Assembly: GCA_965644495.1 (NCBI GenBank)
Contig: CBFFSA010000042.1
Location: forward strand, 12,757 to 76,756
Source: Perkinsela sp. CCAP 1560/9
Taxonomy: Eukaryota > Protista > Euglenozoa: Kinetoplastea
Reading direction: 5' to 3'
DNA length: 64,000 nucleotides
A program made the translations under genes and the position numbers. The notes under the pieces were generated by a model. The model did no database searches, was not told the origin of the DNA, and saw only the letters and a list, made by a program, of their open reading frames with translations. The first letter of the stretch is position 1; the number at the start of each line of letters is the position of its first letter. Of the stretch, positions 52,101 to 64,000 are shown piece by piece.

Positions 52101-52907
52101 GAGTAAGCGTGGGGAAATGCTCGCGTGTTAGTGCTATGAACCAGTCCCTTGAAACTTGGTTGAAGGCATTACGTAGGTCGATTTTACAGAGAACAAAGTC
52201 GTCATCTTCCGTGCGAGCAGCAAAGGCCTGGCGACACAGATGTATAACTCGCTCGGCCCCGGCGGGCGTGGCTACCCCGTACTGATGGCCTTTGAAAATT
52301 TTGCGGGCTCGCGCTTTTACTGATAGGCAGGCCACTTTACTCACCAGACGGCGGAGCGTTTCTCCATCGGCTATTGGGCGCACGTCGTGTTCTCCCTTTT
52401 CCAAAGCACATAGCCTTCCTCCGGCAAAGTGGTCTTGAACGTCGAGTGGTAACTTCCCAGCGAGCATATGGTTGGTGAAATTTGTGAGCGTGCCCAGTGG
52501 ATTTGTGTGCCCGTCATTGTGATATTGCATTGCCGCTTGCACGTGTTCTGGGCGGAGGCAAAGTGCGCCACCTGATGATCCTCTGTGGAAGGTTGAGAGC
52601 GCAGCTGCGACTTCTTCCTCGGTGACTTTGAGTGGTTCTGTTTCCGGAGTTAAGCTGGGGGATGTTGTGGATGCGGAGATTCGTGGGGGGTGTTTGGCCT
52701 GAAGTTTGGCGTACGTGTTGTCGTCGTCTGGTGCTAGCGGCGAAGAAGTCAGTGCGGTCATGGCGCGAGAAAGTTCTCCGTCGCGGGCCAGTCGCTCCGC
52801 GCGAAGACACGCTTTCTTCCCCTCGTCTTCTAGGCTTGTTGCTTGCGCAGCACGTTTCTTACGATTCAAAGTCTTACATGTTTCGTTCCAAAGTGATAGA
52901 TATTGTC
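49161..52907 (-). mobile_element. CRE-clade element family E, copy 1, 5'-truncated and interrupted (includes a short 3' tag at 49161-49314)
   Basis: RT KIDLRNAFN/WYLDDG and REL RPGD..LDFAV. ORFs 50578..52869 and 49692..50384 fuse in frame after removing 601 bp. Confidence 0.9.
50371..50960 (-). mobile_element. 5'-truncated LINE-like insertion encoding an RNase H C-terminus, with (TTGGA)n tail and 11-bp TSD
   Basis: TSD GCCACCAACGT at 50360-50370 and 50961-50971. VLNGDLF...KVKGHSGNKWNEEADGLA is an RNase H1-type motif. Confidence 0.85.
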
Positions 52908-53138
52908 TTTTTTTTTTTTTTTTTTTTTTTTTTGCAATTAATAAGGGGGGAGATGTATGAAACGCGGCATTGCCTCTATATTACCCATTATGCGAACCAA
53001 GTAGGTCCATTGGGGGGATATGAATGTATGTAAATTTCTTAGTTTTTCCTCCTTCCACAAGCAATCAGCCCACCCCAAACTAGCAAACAATTTCCCCCCA
53101 CGAAGCCGCCTCCCTGAAGAGAAATGCAGTGAAAAGTC

Positions 53139-53522
53139 TTTTTTTTTTTTTTTTTATGCGTTCAAGACTGAAAAATTCTTTCTTCTAAAATATATTCTAT
53201 GAATGTACGGTATCCCTTTCTTACTTACTTTCCTACTTACTTTACTTCGCCCTTATCAACTTCGCCCGCTTCTCTCCCTTATCTCCACCCCTCAAAGAAA
53301 CCATCCGCGACTTTCCGACTTCACCCGCTTCTTTCCCTCACTTCCCCCCCCCCGAGCATCCATCCGCGCCTTCCAAACTTTGCCCTCCTCTTTCCCTCAC
53401 TTCCCCCAAGAAATCAATCCGCGCGTGCTCCACCCCTTCTTCCAGCAGTGCGCGCTTCGGACCGGGTCTCTCGACCTCTCCACGGCCTGGCTTGGGAACC
53501 CTTCCCTTGTTATGCGGGTACC
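53139..53522 (-). mobile_element. Family D 3'-UTR fragment with a more distal poly(A) site (also 60402-60785)
   Basis: Matches the D UTR and is flanked by poly(T) tracts. Confidence 0.8.
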
Positions 53523-56421
53523 TTTTTTTTTTTTTTTTTTTTTTTACTTTACTTCGCCCTTATCAACTTCGCCCGCTTCTCTCCCTTATCTCCACCCCTC
53601 AAAGAAACCATCCGCGACTTTCCGACTTCACCCGCTTCTTTCCCTCACTTCCCCCCCCCCGAGCATCCATCCGCGCCTTCCAAACTTTGCCCTCCTCTTT
53701 CCCTCACTTCCCCCCAGAAATCAATCCGCGAGTGCTCCACCCCTTCTTCCAGCAGTGCGCGCTTCGGACCGGGTCTCTCTACCTCTCCACGGCCTGGCTT
53801 GGGAACCCTTCCCTTGTTATGCGGGAGGGCGCAGGCGCGGGCATGTGCCGACAGCGGCACGGTCACGAAGTTGGGTTTTGATCGCCGGATTCGGATGAAT
53901 GTTCCGAATCCATACCTGTCTCACATTGGGGTACCTTGCTCGTGAAAGCGAGGCGTGAGGATAGGCACTGTCGGCTCGATCGGCCTCGGGCCGCTCTGGA
54001 GGCTATTCCTCCAGAGTTGCGATGGGGTCTTCGGAAGGTGAACGAGCAACCATCATGCGCGCTTGAAAGCGCATAAGGGTTATGTTTAGTTCAGCGAAGA
54101 TTCGGCTCGTTGCCTCACCTTCCGAAAGTAGACCCCCCGAGGCGTGCGAACACCTCTCACCGACTTTGCGGAGCACGGCTGAAGCGCTGGGGCTCCAGGC
54201 GCCATAACTTTCGACAACCATGGCCGTAAAGTCGCATCCTGCCTCTACGGCTTCTCGACGCTGCTTGCCCTTCTCCATTGAGGAATAATGTTCGGCAAAT
54301 GACCCCGCGGCAACCCAGCTAGCGTTTCGGACTTTGTCCGTATATTTTAATTGCTGAGCATGGGTGACCGCGAAGTCAAGCACAATGGGATTTCCAAGAA
54401 AAAGGCTGGGCAAGTATATGTCGCCAGGTCTGGTGAGGGCCCCGCCTGGGCCCCTGTTCCCGAGACTCTTTTCTCGTTGAGGGGCGAGGCGGGCTCGACT
54501 GCACACGTCCGCGAACTGGTCCGTAACAGCGTTGTGCCTGGTCACAATACCATGGCCATGTTTGCAAGACAGTGCATGGTCCCCTTTGCTGTCAAGGGGG
54601 AGCGAGCATTTCGGCATGGGGCACGTGCTATCTTCATGGTAGATGTCCACGCCTAACCACCAACGGGCCAAAGTTCGGAATTGTGTGGGGGTAAAGGCGT
54701 GCCCAAGGTCTTTCGAAGGAGTCACAAAGGCCCAGCTGCTCGCTCCCGTGCCACACTGGGAGATCCACCTTGCACGGGTTCGTGCGTCAGTTGTCTCATA
54801 TTCCTGGGAAAAGGCATGGGCTGCAATAGCATAACTGATTACCCGCTGGCGCGGGATCTTCCCTTTGGGCCACTGTGGGGGTAACATGTCCTGGCATTCT
54901 TCAGAACCGTAGAGGGGAGTCGAGAGTGGGTAGGCATCCGTGGGTGTGTTGGCCGTGCGGGAAGTCGTACGAAGAATATGTCCCGGAGGCTCGTCCGGGG
55001 GGTGAGGATCATTCCCTGGCGGAGGGCGCCTTCTCTTCCGGTAGGAGTACGGCGCGCTCAGGGCCTTCTCGCATGGGGCGTTGGGAGTCGTGAGAACACG
55101 ACCTCGGGGATCGAGGAGAGCAGTGCCGGCCTTCTGATTGATGTCGAGGATGGCCTCCGAGAAACCTTCAGCGTCTGTGGGATCCCAGGAATCTGTGGCA
55201 GAGGCAAAGGCGACGGATGCAACGTAAGCCGCGGAAGCGTGGAGAGCTGCGGATCTCAGACCTAATCCCCCATGACGCTTCAGTCGCTGTGCTTGAGATT
55301 GTGCTGACCTGTCCAGAGGACAGATGATTGCCTCTATAGCGGTCATGAGAAAGTCGTCTAAACGGGAGCAAAGGTGAATCAGGGACTGTGGGGGCGTGCT
55401 TCTCATGGCATACACCATTTGACAGAACCCCGCACATTGACGAATTAGGGCAAGCGCGACCTGGGGGTCCTGAATGTTGGTGATGGCATCGAGGGTATCC
55501 TCGGCTGGTTCTAGGGCGTGAGAAAGAAGATAAGCAGAGCAGTGGTCGGCGGATCCTACAGGACTCCCTAGTATGTCAAAGTTCCCCTGCGAATTGATCT
55601 TCTCGTCGGGTATGTCTGGGAAGTAATCAGCCTGGTGGGCCGAGCTGGGGGAAGTAATAATTTCGCATTTCGACGTATTGAGATACAAGCCCCATTGAGG
55701 TCCTACTCGGGCGATCGTGTCTAGGGCGTCTCTAACTTCCTGCGCCTGGCCAACGAGGACGCCATCGTCGAGATACCAGAGTTGGGCGGGAATATCAGTT
55801 TGAAGGTTAATGGCTTCTGAGAGCTCCAGGGCCACTAACGAGAAGAGCAATGGTCCTAGGGGATCGCCCTGTTGTACTCCTTCCTCGGAGGAGATGAATC
55901 GGGCCCCGTAGGTAAGAGAGCTGGGGTCGGAATAGCACCAATTGATCCAAGGGAAGAGTTCCGGGAAATATTCCTGTACTAGTGGAAGGAAGGCAGCCCT
56001 GCTTACGTTATTGAAAGCGTTACGTAGGTCCACTTTGCACATGACGAAGTTCGGGTTTTCCATATTGGACGACATGGCCAGGCGACACATGTGAATGACT
56101 CTTTCGGCCCCGGCTGTCGCTGCCACTCCGTACTGTTTGCCTTCAAAGAGCTCGCTCGCTTTGGGTCGGATTGCGTTGCATACGGCTTTGCTCGCTAATC
56201 GCCGAAGGGTTTCACCGGCAGCGATCGGACGAACATCATTTTCGCCCTTTGATAGGGCGCATAAGCGCGCCCCTGCGAAGTGCGCCTGTACTTCAGAGGG
56301 TGCCTTCCCAGCTAGGAGGTGATTTGTTAGCTTTGTGAGGGATCGGAGAAAGTCATTTCCGTGTACGAGCAGTGCTGCCTGTAGGTGCTCTGGGCGTAAG
56401 TTCCTCTTTAAGTAGTTCCTC
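53523..56421 (-). mobile_element. Family D copy 2, 5'-truncated (ORF 54003..~56400)
   Basis: Duplicate of D1. Confidence 0.92.
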
Positions 56422-59400
56422 TTTTTTTTTTTTTAGCAAATCTTTTTGTTTCCACAGATGTACCTTTTGTTTTTTTCTCTCAGCCCAAAACTAGCAATTT
56501 AATCTCCCCTAAGTATATACTACTTCTTTTTACACTTTTTTACTACTTTTTTTTACTACTTTTTTTTTTTTTCCTCTTTTTTTGCAATAAATAGGGGGGG
56601 AGAAGTATAAAACGCGGCATTGCCTCTATATTTTTACTCAGTAGACGAACCAAGTAGGTCCATTGGGGGGGGTATATGATTTGTAAACAAGCAATCAAAT
56701 TAGCAATTTCACATTTTTTTTTTTTAAAGTTAGGCTCAGAATAGAAACAAGCAACTGTACGAAAAGTAAAAGAATGTTCAACCGAGCAAACGGCCCAAAA
56801 AACAGCAAATAAGAACCCGTTCCCACCCCCAAAAAAAACCTTCCCCAAAAAACGAATACCCAAAGCCCCAAAAAGAAACCACCCGAGAAAACCAGCCAAT
56901 AGAAACGAGGCCTCCTCCCTTGACACCGACTCCTTCACTTTCCTACTGAGCTCCTACTCATCTTTTCCGTAACCTAAGAGCACTGTGTCAGGGACCGCCG
57001 CTGGGGATCGTAATACAAGCATGCGAGCTTGCGACCTCATGAGGGTAATGTTGAGAGATGAAAGGAGGTGATGCAAGGCATCGCTTTTAGGGAGGGTATC
57101 CCCTGAGTTCGCCATCTTTTTAGTTGAAATTTCCCTAAGAACCGCCATGGCGCTGGGACTCCAGGCGCCATAGGACTCTACTACCATTGCCGCGAACTTG
57201 TACCCAGCCGTGTTAGCCTCTTCCCGTTGTCTTCTCTTGTTCTCGGTAGCATAGCGCTCCGCAAATGACCCGGCCGTCACCCCGTTAGCGTCACGGACTG
57301 AGTCCGTATATTTTTGTTGCTGTACATGGGTGACGGCAAAGTCAAGCACAAGACCCTCGCCAAGCCCGAAATTTTTGATGAAGACATCACCAGGCCTGGT
57401 GAGGGCGCCCCCCGGCCCCTTGTTTCCCAAGCTCATTTCCCTCTGGGTAGTGAACCCAGCCTTAGAACATTCAGAAGAAAATTCTGCGGCCAGGGCATTA
57501 TGCCGCGAGGTGATACCATGTCCACTTTTGCAAGCCAATGCGTGATCGCCCTCAGGACCCAACGGTTGGGTGCACTTCTCCATGGGACAAGATCGGGGAC
57601 CCGGATATATTTGCTCCCCTAGCCACCAACGTCCAATCCAATCCAATCCAAAAGACCGACATATGTCGGTTAGAATGTTAAATGTTTTCCCCCCGAACTT
57701 ATACTCCCTCGCCTTCCAGTTCAGAGTTTAGTAGTGCCTACTATTTTACTTTCACACAATACTTTTCCTTATCTTCCTGAACTCTTCCTCAGGGTATTCC
57801 GAACCTGCTGGTGGAAGCACGTCTTCCGCCCAACTCTTACTATGAAGGCGCCCTCTTCCCACCAGTTTTCGCAATCTTCCCGCACAGCTTGACTTTAGCC
57901 TCGGCGCCGCGCTTGGGTGCTGGATTGGTTTTCGTCTTTCCCTTTTCCAAGGTTCTATGTTTTATCAGCTTTTCCAAGGATTTGTCGATTTGTGATGCGT
58001 TGGAATCATTACTTGTTTTTCTCTTTTTCTGCTCAGGCGGTCGAGGAACTTTTCGCGCTGCAATCAGTGCTAACCCATCTGCCTCCTCGTTCCATTTATT
58101 TCCTGAGTGACCCTTGACTTTGCACATATATATTGAGTAGAAATCATGTTTTAAGGACCGTAATTTTCCGTCTAACTGGGAGAACAAATCTCCATTTAAA
58201 ACCCCCTTGTAACCAACGATTCGCCACCAACGTACCAGAGTCCGAAACTCGGTTGGGGTATAAGCGTGGCCGTTCTTTTTCGACGGCAATACAAAAGCCC
58301 ATTCTGCTGCTCCGTGCCCCGTTTCCGAAATCCATCGAGCCCTCGTACGTGGGTCAGCGAGGGAGAGTGCTTGATGAAACTCGTGAGATGAGATTGCATC
58401 GCTTAGATCTCGTTGCCGAGGGATTACTGTTTCGGTACTGGATTCTGTAATGCCACGTTTACTGAAAGGCGGAGTGGATGACAAGGCGAAACCTTTCGGT
58501 ATTCTCCCTGATTGAATGTCTACGATGTCTTTCCCCACCCTTTTATTGACATCGCTTACGGCTTCTTCGAAACCTTCTGCCTCCGTGGGGTCCCAGCGAT
58601 CTAGCTCCGATGCAAATGCGACAGAGGCGATATAGGCTGAAGTAGAGTGCTCTTCCGCGGAACGGAGTCCTAACCCGCCAAATCGCTTGTTTCGTTGTGT
58701 TTGACGGCGGGCCTCGGGGGTCAGAGGACGGAAAAAATTCTCTACCGCGCGTTGCACGGCGTCGTCCAAGCGCCGACAGAGATCCCGAAGTTCAGATGTT
58801 GGGGTTGTTCGTAGGGAGTAAACCATCTGGCAGAAGCCAGTGCAGTGACGAATGAGGGATAAGGCAACCTGGGGGTCTTCGAGGTGCGTTATAGCGTCCA
58901 GAGAATCTTCTGCCATTTCGACTGCATTGTTGACGAGATATTCACGACAAAACTCTGGCGATCCAACGGGGCTTCCCAGAATGTAAAAATTGCCTTCGAG
59001 GTTTTTGTTAGGGCCAGGGAGATCGGGAAAAACAGAAGAACGATGAGAAGATGCTGGGTGGGTAATAATCTCGCATTTTGCAGCGTTGAGGTGTAGGCCC
59101 CATTGTGGACCCTTCATTTCGATAACGTCGAACGCGTGTCGCACATCACAGGAAGTGCCAGCCAAAACGCCATCATCCAGGTACCAGAGGCTTAGGTCTA
59201 ATTTGGGGGCTGCTGCGTGAATTTCTGAGGCGACTTCCCTCATGACTAACGAGAAAAGAAGAGGGCCCAAGGGGTCCCCTTGCTGGACACCCTCACGAGA
59301 TTTAATAACGCGTGTTCCAAAGGTAAGCTTACTTTCCGAAGTGTAGCACCATTCGACGTAAGGAGTAAGCGTGGGGAAATGCTCGCGTGTTAGTGCTATG

Positions 59401-60169
59401 AACCAGTCCCTTGAAACTTGGTTGAAGGCATTACGTAGGTCGATTTTACAGAGAACAAAGTCGTCATCTTCCGTGCGAGCAGCAAAGGCCTGGCGACACA
59501 GATGTATAACTCGCTCGGCCCCGGCGGGCGTGGCTACCCCGTACTGATGGCCTTTGAAAATTTTGCGGGCTCGCGCTTTTACTGATAGGCAGGCCACTTT
59601 ACTCACCAGACGGCGGAGCGTTTCTCCATCGGCTATTGGGCGCACGTCGTGTTCTCCCTTTTCCAAAGCACATAGCCTTCCTCCGGCAAAGTGGTCTTGA
59701 ACGTCGAGTGGTAACTTCCCAGCGAGCATATGGTTGGTGAAATTTGTGAGCGTGCCCAGTGGATTTGTGTGCCCGTCATTGTGATATTGCATTGCCGCTT
59801 GCACGTGTTCTGGGCGGAGGCAAAGTGCGCCACCTGATGATCCTCTGTGGAAGGTTGAGAGCGCAGCTGCGACTTCTTCCTCGGTGACTTTGAGTGGTTC
59901 TGTTTCCGGAGTTAAGCTGGGGGATGTTGTGGATGCGGAGATTCGTGGGGGGTGTTTGGCCTGAAGTTTGGCGTACGTGTTGTCGTCGTCTGGTGCTAGC
60001 GGCGAAGAAGTCAGTGCGGTCATGGCGCGAGAAAGTTCTCCGTCGCGGGCCAGTCGCTCCGCGCGAAGACACGCTTTCTTCCCCTCGTCTTCTAGGCTTG
60101 TTGCTTGCGCAGCACGTTTCTTACGATTCAAAGTCTTACATGTTTCGTTCCAAAGTGATAGATATTGTC
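56422..60169 (-). mobile_element. Family E copy 2 with the same RNase H insertion (57633-58222)
   Basis: Duplicate of E1; TSD at 57622-57632 and 58223-58233. Confidence 0.9.
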
Positions 60170-60785
60170 TTTTTTTTTTTTTTTTTTTTTTTTTTTGCAA
60201 TTAATAAGGGGGGAGATGTATGAAACGCGGCATTGCCTCTATATTACCCATTATGCGAACCAAGTAGGTCCATTGGGGGGATATGAATGTATGTAAATTT
60301 CTTAGTTTTTCCTCCTTCCACAAGCAATCAGCCCACCCCAAACTAGCAAACAATTTCCCCCCACGAAGCCGCCTCCCTGAAGAGAAATGCAGTGAAAAGT
60401 CTTTTTTTTTTTTTTTTTATGCGTTCAAGACTGAAAAATTCTTTCTTCTAAAATATATTCTATGAATGTACGGTATCCCTTTCTTACTTACTTTCCTACT
60501 TACTTTACTTCGCCCTTATCAACTTCGCCCGCTTCTCTCCCTTATCTCCACCCCTCAAAGAAACCATCCGCGACTTTCCGACTTCACCCGCTTCTTTCCC
60601 TCACTTCCCCCCCCCCGAGCATCCATCCGCGCCTTCCAAACTTTGCCCTCCTCTTTCCCTCACTTCCCCCAAGAAATCAATCCGCGCGTGCTCCACCCCT
60701 TCTTCCAGCAGTGCGCGCTTCGGACCGGGTCTCTCGACCTCTCCACGGCCTGGCTTGGGAACCCTTCCCTTGTTATGCGGGTACC

Positions 60786-63684
60786 TTTTTTTTTTTTTTT
60801 TTTTTTTTACTTTACTTCGCCCTTATCAACTTCGCCCGCTTCTCTCCCTTATCTCCACCCCTCAAAGAAACCATCCGCGACTTTCCGACTTCACCCGCTT
60901 CTTTCCCTCACTTCCCCCCCCCCGAGCATCCATCCGCGCCTTCCAAACTTTGCCCTCCTCTTTCCCTCACTTCCCCCCAGAAATCAATCCGCGAGTGCTC
61001 CACCCCTTCTTCCAGCAGTGCGCGCTTCGGACCGGGTCTCTCTACCTCTCCACGGCCTGGCTTGGGAACCCTTCCCTTGTTATGCGGGAGGGCGCAGGCG
61101 CGGGCATGTGCCGACAGCGGCACGGTCACGAAGTTGGGTTTTGATCGCCGGATTCGGATGAATGTTCCGAATCCATACCTGTCTCACATTGGGGTACCTT
61201 GCTCGTGAAAGCGAGGCGTGAGGATAGGCACTGTCGGCTCGATCGGCCTCGGGCCGCTCTGGAGGCTATTCCTCCAGAGTTGCGATGGGGTCTTCGGAAG
61301 GTGAACGAGCAACCATCATGCGCGCTTGAAAGCGCATAAGGGTTATGTTTAGTTCAGCGAAGATTCGGCTCGTTGCCTCACCTTCCGAAAGTAGACCCCC
61401 CGAGGCGTGCGAACACCTCTCACCGACTTTGCGGAGCACGGCTGAAGCGCTGGGGCTCCAGGCGCCATAACTTTCGACAACCATGGCCGTAAAGTCGCAT
61501 CCTGCCTCTACGGCTTCTCGACGCTGCTTGCCCTTCTCCATTGAGGAATAATGTTCGGCAAATGACCCCGCGGCAACCCAGCTAGCGTTTCGGACTTTGT
61601 CCGTATATTTTAATTGCTGAGCATGGGTGACCGCGAAGTCAAGCACAATGGGATTTCCAAGAAAAAGGCTGGGCAAGTATATGTCGCCAGGTCTGGTGAG
61701 GGCCCCGCCTGGGCCCCTGTTCCCGAGACTCTTTTCTCGTTGAGGGGCGAGGCGGGCTCGACTGCACACGTCCGCGAACTGGTCCGTAACAGCGTTGTGC
61801 CTGGTCACAATACCATGGCCATGTTTGCAAGACAGTGCATGGTCCCCTTTGCTGTCAAGGGGGAGCGAGCATTTCGGCATGGGGCACGTGCTATCTTCAT
61901 GGTAGATGTCCACGCCTAACCACCAACGGGCCAAAGTTCGGAATTGTGTGGGGGTAAAGGCGTGCCCAAGGTCTTTCGAAGGAGTCACAAAGGCCCAGCT
62001 GCTCGCTCCCGTGCCACACTGGGAGATCCACCTTGCACGGGTTCGTGCGTCAGTTGTCTCATATTCCTGGGAAAAGGCATGGGCTGCAATAGCATAACTG
62101 ATTACCCGCTGGCGCGGGATCTTCCCTTTGGGCCACTGTGGGGGTAACATGTCCTGGCATTCTTCAGAACCGTAGAGGGGAGTCGAGAGTGGGTAGGCAT
62201 CCGTGGGTGTGTTGGCCGTGCGGGAAGTCGTACGAAGAATATGTCCCGGAGGCTCGTCCGGGGGGTGAGGATCATTCCCTGGCGGAGGGCGCCTTCTCTT
62301 CCGGTAGGAGTACGGCGCGCTCAGGGCCTTCTCGCATGGGGCGTTGGGAGTCGTGAGAACACGACCTCGGGGATCGAGGAGAGCAGTGCCGGCCTTCTGA
62401 TTGATGTCGAGGATGGCCTCCGAGAAACCTTCAGCGTCTGTGGGATCCCAGGAATCTGTGGCAGAGGCAAAGGCGACGGATGCAACGTAAGCCGCGGAAG
62501 CGTGGAGAGCTGCGGATCTCAGACCTAATCCCCCATGACGCTTCAGTCGCTGTGCTTGAGATTGTGCTGACCTGTCCAGAGGACAGATGATTGCCTCTAT
62601 AGCGGTCATGAGAAAGTCGTCTAAACGGGAGCAAAGGTGAATCAGGGACTGTGGGGGCGTGCTTCTCATGGCATACACCATTTGACAGAACCCCGCACAT
62701 TGACGAATTAGGGCAAGCGCGACCTGGGGGTCCTGAATGTTGGTGATGGCATCGAGGGTATCCTCGGCTGGTTCTAGGGCGTGAGAAAGAAGATAAGCAG
62801 AGCAGTGGTCGGCGGATCCTACAGGACTCCCTAGTATGTCAAAGTTCCCCTGCGAATTGATCTTCTCGTCGGGTATGTCTGGGAAGTAATCAGCCTGGTG
62901 GGCCGAGCTGGGGGAAGTAATAATTTCGCATTTCGACGTATTGAGATACAAGCCCCATTGAGGTCCTACTCGGGCGATCGTGTCTAGGGCGTCTCTAACT
63001 TCCTGCGCCTGGCCAACGAGGACGCCATCGTCGAGATACCAGAGTTGGGCGGGAATATCAGTTTGAAGGTTAATGGCTTCTGAGAGCTCCAGGGCCACTA
63101 ACGAGAAGAGCAATGGTCCTAGGGGATCGCCCTGTTGTACTCCTTCCTCGGAGGAGATGAATCGGGCCCCGTAGGTAAGAGAGCTGGGGTCGGAATAGCA
63201 CCAATTGATCCAAGGGAAGAGTTCCGGGAAATATTCCTGTACTAGTGGAAGGAAGGCAGCCCTGCTTACGTTATTGAAAGCGTTACGTAGGTCCACTTTG
63301 CACATGACGAAGTTCGGGTTTTCCATATTGGACGACATGGCCAGGCGACACATGTGAATGACTCTTTCGGCCCCGGCTGTCGCTGCCACTCCGTACTGTT
63401 TGCCTTCAAAGAGCTCGCTCGCTTTGGGTCGGATTGCGTTGCATACGGCTTTGCTCGCTAATCGCCGAAGGGTTTCACCGGCAGCGATCGGACGAACATC
63501 ATTTTCGCCCTTTGATAGGGCGCATAAGCGCGCCCCTGCGAAGTGCGCCTGTACTTCAGAGGGTGCCTTCCCAGCTAGGAGGTGATTTGTTAGCTTTGTG
63601 AGGGATCGGAGAAAGTCATTTCCGTGTACGAGCAGTGCTGCCTGTAGGTGCTCTGGGCGTAAGTTCCTCTTTAAGTAGTTCCTC
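60786..63684 (-). mobile_element. Family D copy 3, 5'-truncated (ORF 61266..~63663)
   Basis: Duplicate of D2. Confidence 0.92.
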
Positions 63685-64000
63685 TTTTTTTTTTTTTAGC
63701 AAATCTTTTTGTTTCCACAGATGTACCTTTTGTTTTTTTTCTCTCAGCCCAAAACTAGCAATTTAATCTCCCCTAAGTATATACTACTTCTTTTTACACT
63801 TTTTTACTACTTTTTTTTACTACTTTTTTTTTTTTTTCCTCTTTTTTTGCAATAAATAGGGGGGGAGAAGTATAAAACGCGGCATTGCCTCTATATTTTT
63901 ACTCAGTAGACGAACCAAGTAGGTCCATTGGGGGGGGTATATGATTTGTAAACAAGCAATCAAATTAGCAATTTCACATTTTTTTTTTTTTAAAGTTAGG
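63685..64000 (-). mobile_element. 3' tag and 3' end of family E copy 3 (runs off the window)
   Basis: Matches 56422 onward. Confidence 0.85.

Larger units (their letters stand above)
46285..64000. repeat. Tandem duplication, period 7261-7263 bp (D + tag + E + H + D 3' fragment), at least 2.4 units
   Basis: D ORFs end at 46742/54003/61266 and E ORFs at 49692/56954; same truncation points, few SNPs. Confidence 0.95.

Noticed and set aside
50578-52869. Natural CRE RT-RNase H fusion protein
   Set aside because: The RNase H part lies inside a TSD-bounded insertion in a 5'-truncated copy, so the in-frame fusion is probably accidental.
168-63585. Numerous short plus-strand and alternative-frame ORFs, including those with poly-K or poly-F
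   Set aside because: They are shadows of the RT ORFs or read-through of poly(A/T) junctions and UTRs, with no recognisable domains.
1-64000. Canonical telomeric repeats (TTAGGG)n
   Set aside because: Only isolated hexamers were seen; no tandem arrays.
1-64000. Prokaryotic RT systems (group II intron, retron, DGR, CRISPR-RT)
   Set aside because: Poly(A) tails, SL exons, CCHC-REL domains and a DIRS-type element indicate eukaryotic retrotransposons; no repeat-spacer array was seen.
1-64000. Clean age gradient from left (old) to right (young)
   Set aside because: The left end is degenerate, but the right block also holds truncated, interrupted elements; intact copies are central.

Overview
The window is entirely transposon-derived and contains no recognisable host gene. 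It looks eukaryotic, probably kinetoplastid/euglenozoan, because it carries a spliced-leader (SL) exon and a VIPER/TATE-like element. It is a strictly unidirectional head-to-tail array of CRE-clade (RT plus restriction-like endonuclease) non-LTR retrotransposons from at least 7 coding families (my labels A-G), plus 3'-UTR-only pieces (H, I). All lie on the minus strand and are joined mostly through poly(A) tracts, with no target-site duplications and no (TTAGGG)n spacers. Every full-length copy starts with the same SL-like exon, (AA)CTTTAACGATAAAGATACAGTTTCTGTACCTTGTTG, and some also carry SL relicts. The + strand therefore reads as successive first-strand cDNAs of trans-spliced, polyadenylated RNAs, each added onto the previous end, which is the polarity of Drosophila HeT-A/TART telomeres. 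The element proteins carry an N-terminal Ataxin-2/Pbp1 LsmAD-like motif, and their 3' UTRs share a covarying RNA structure. The array also contains a polyadenylated tyrosine-recombinase retrotransposon, three nested insertions with 11-bp TSDs (one a candidate tRNA-derived SINE), and two DNA-level tandem duplications (4862 bp and about 7262 bp). A telomeric location is an inference: no chromosome end is visible here.
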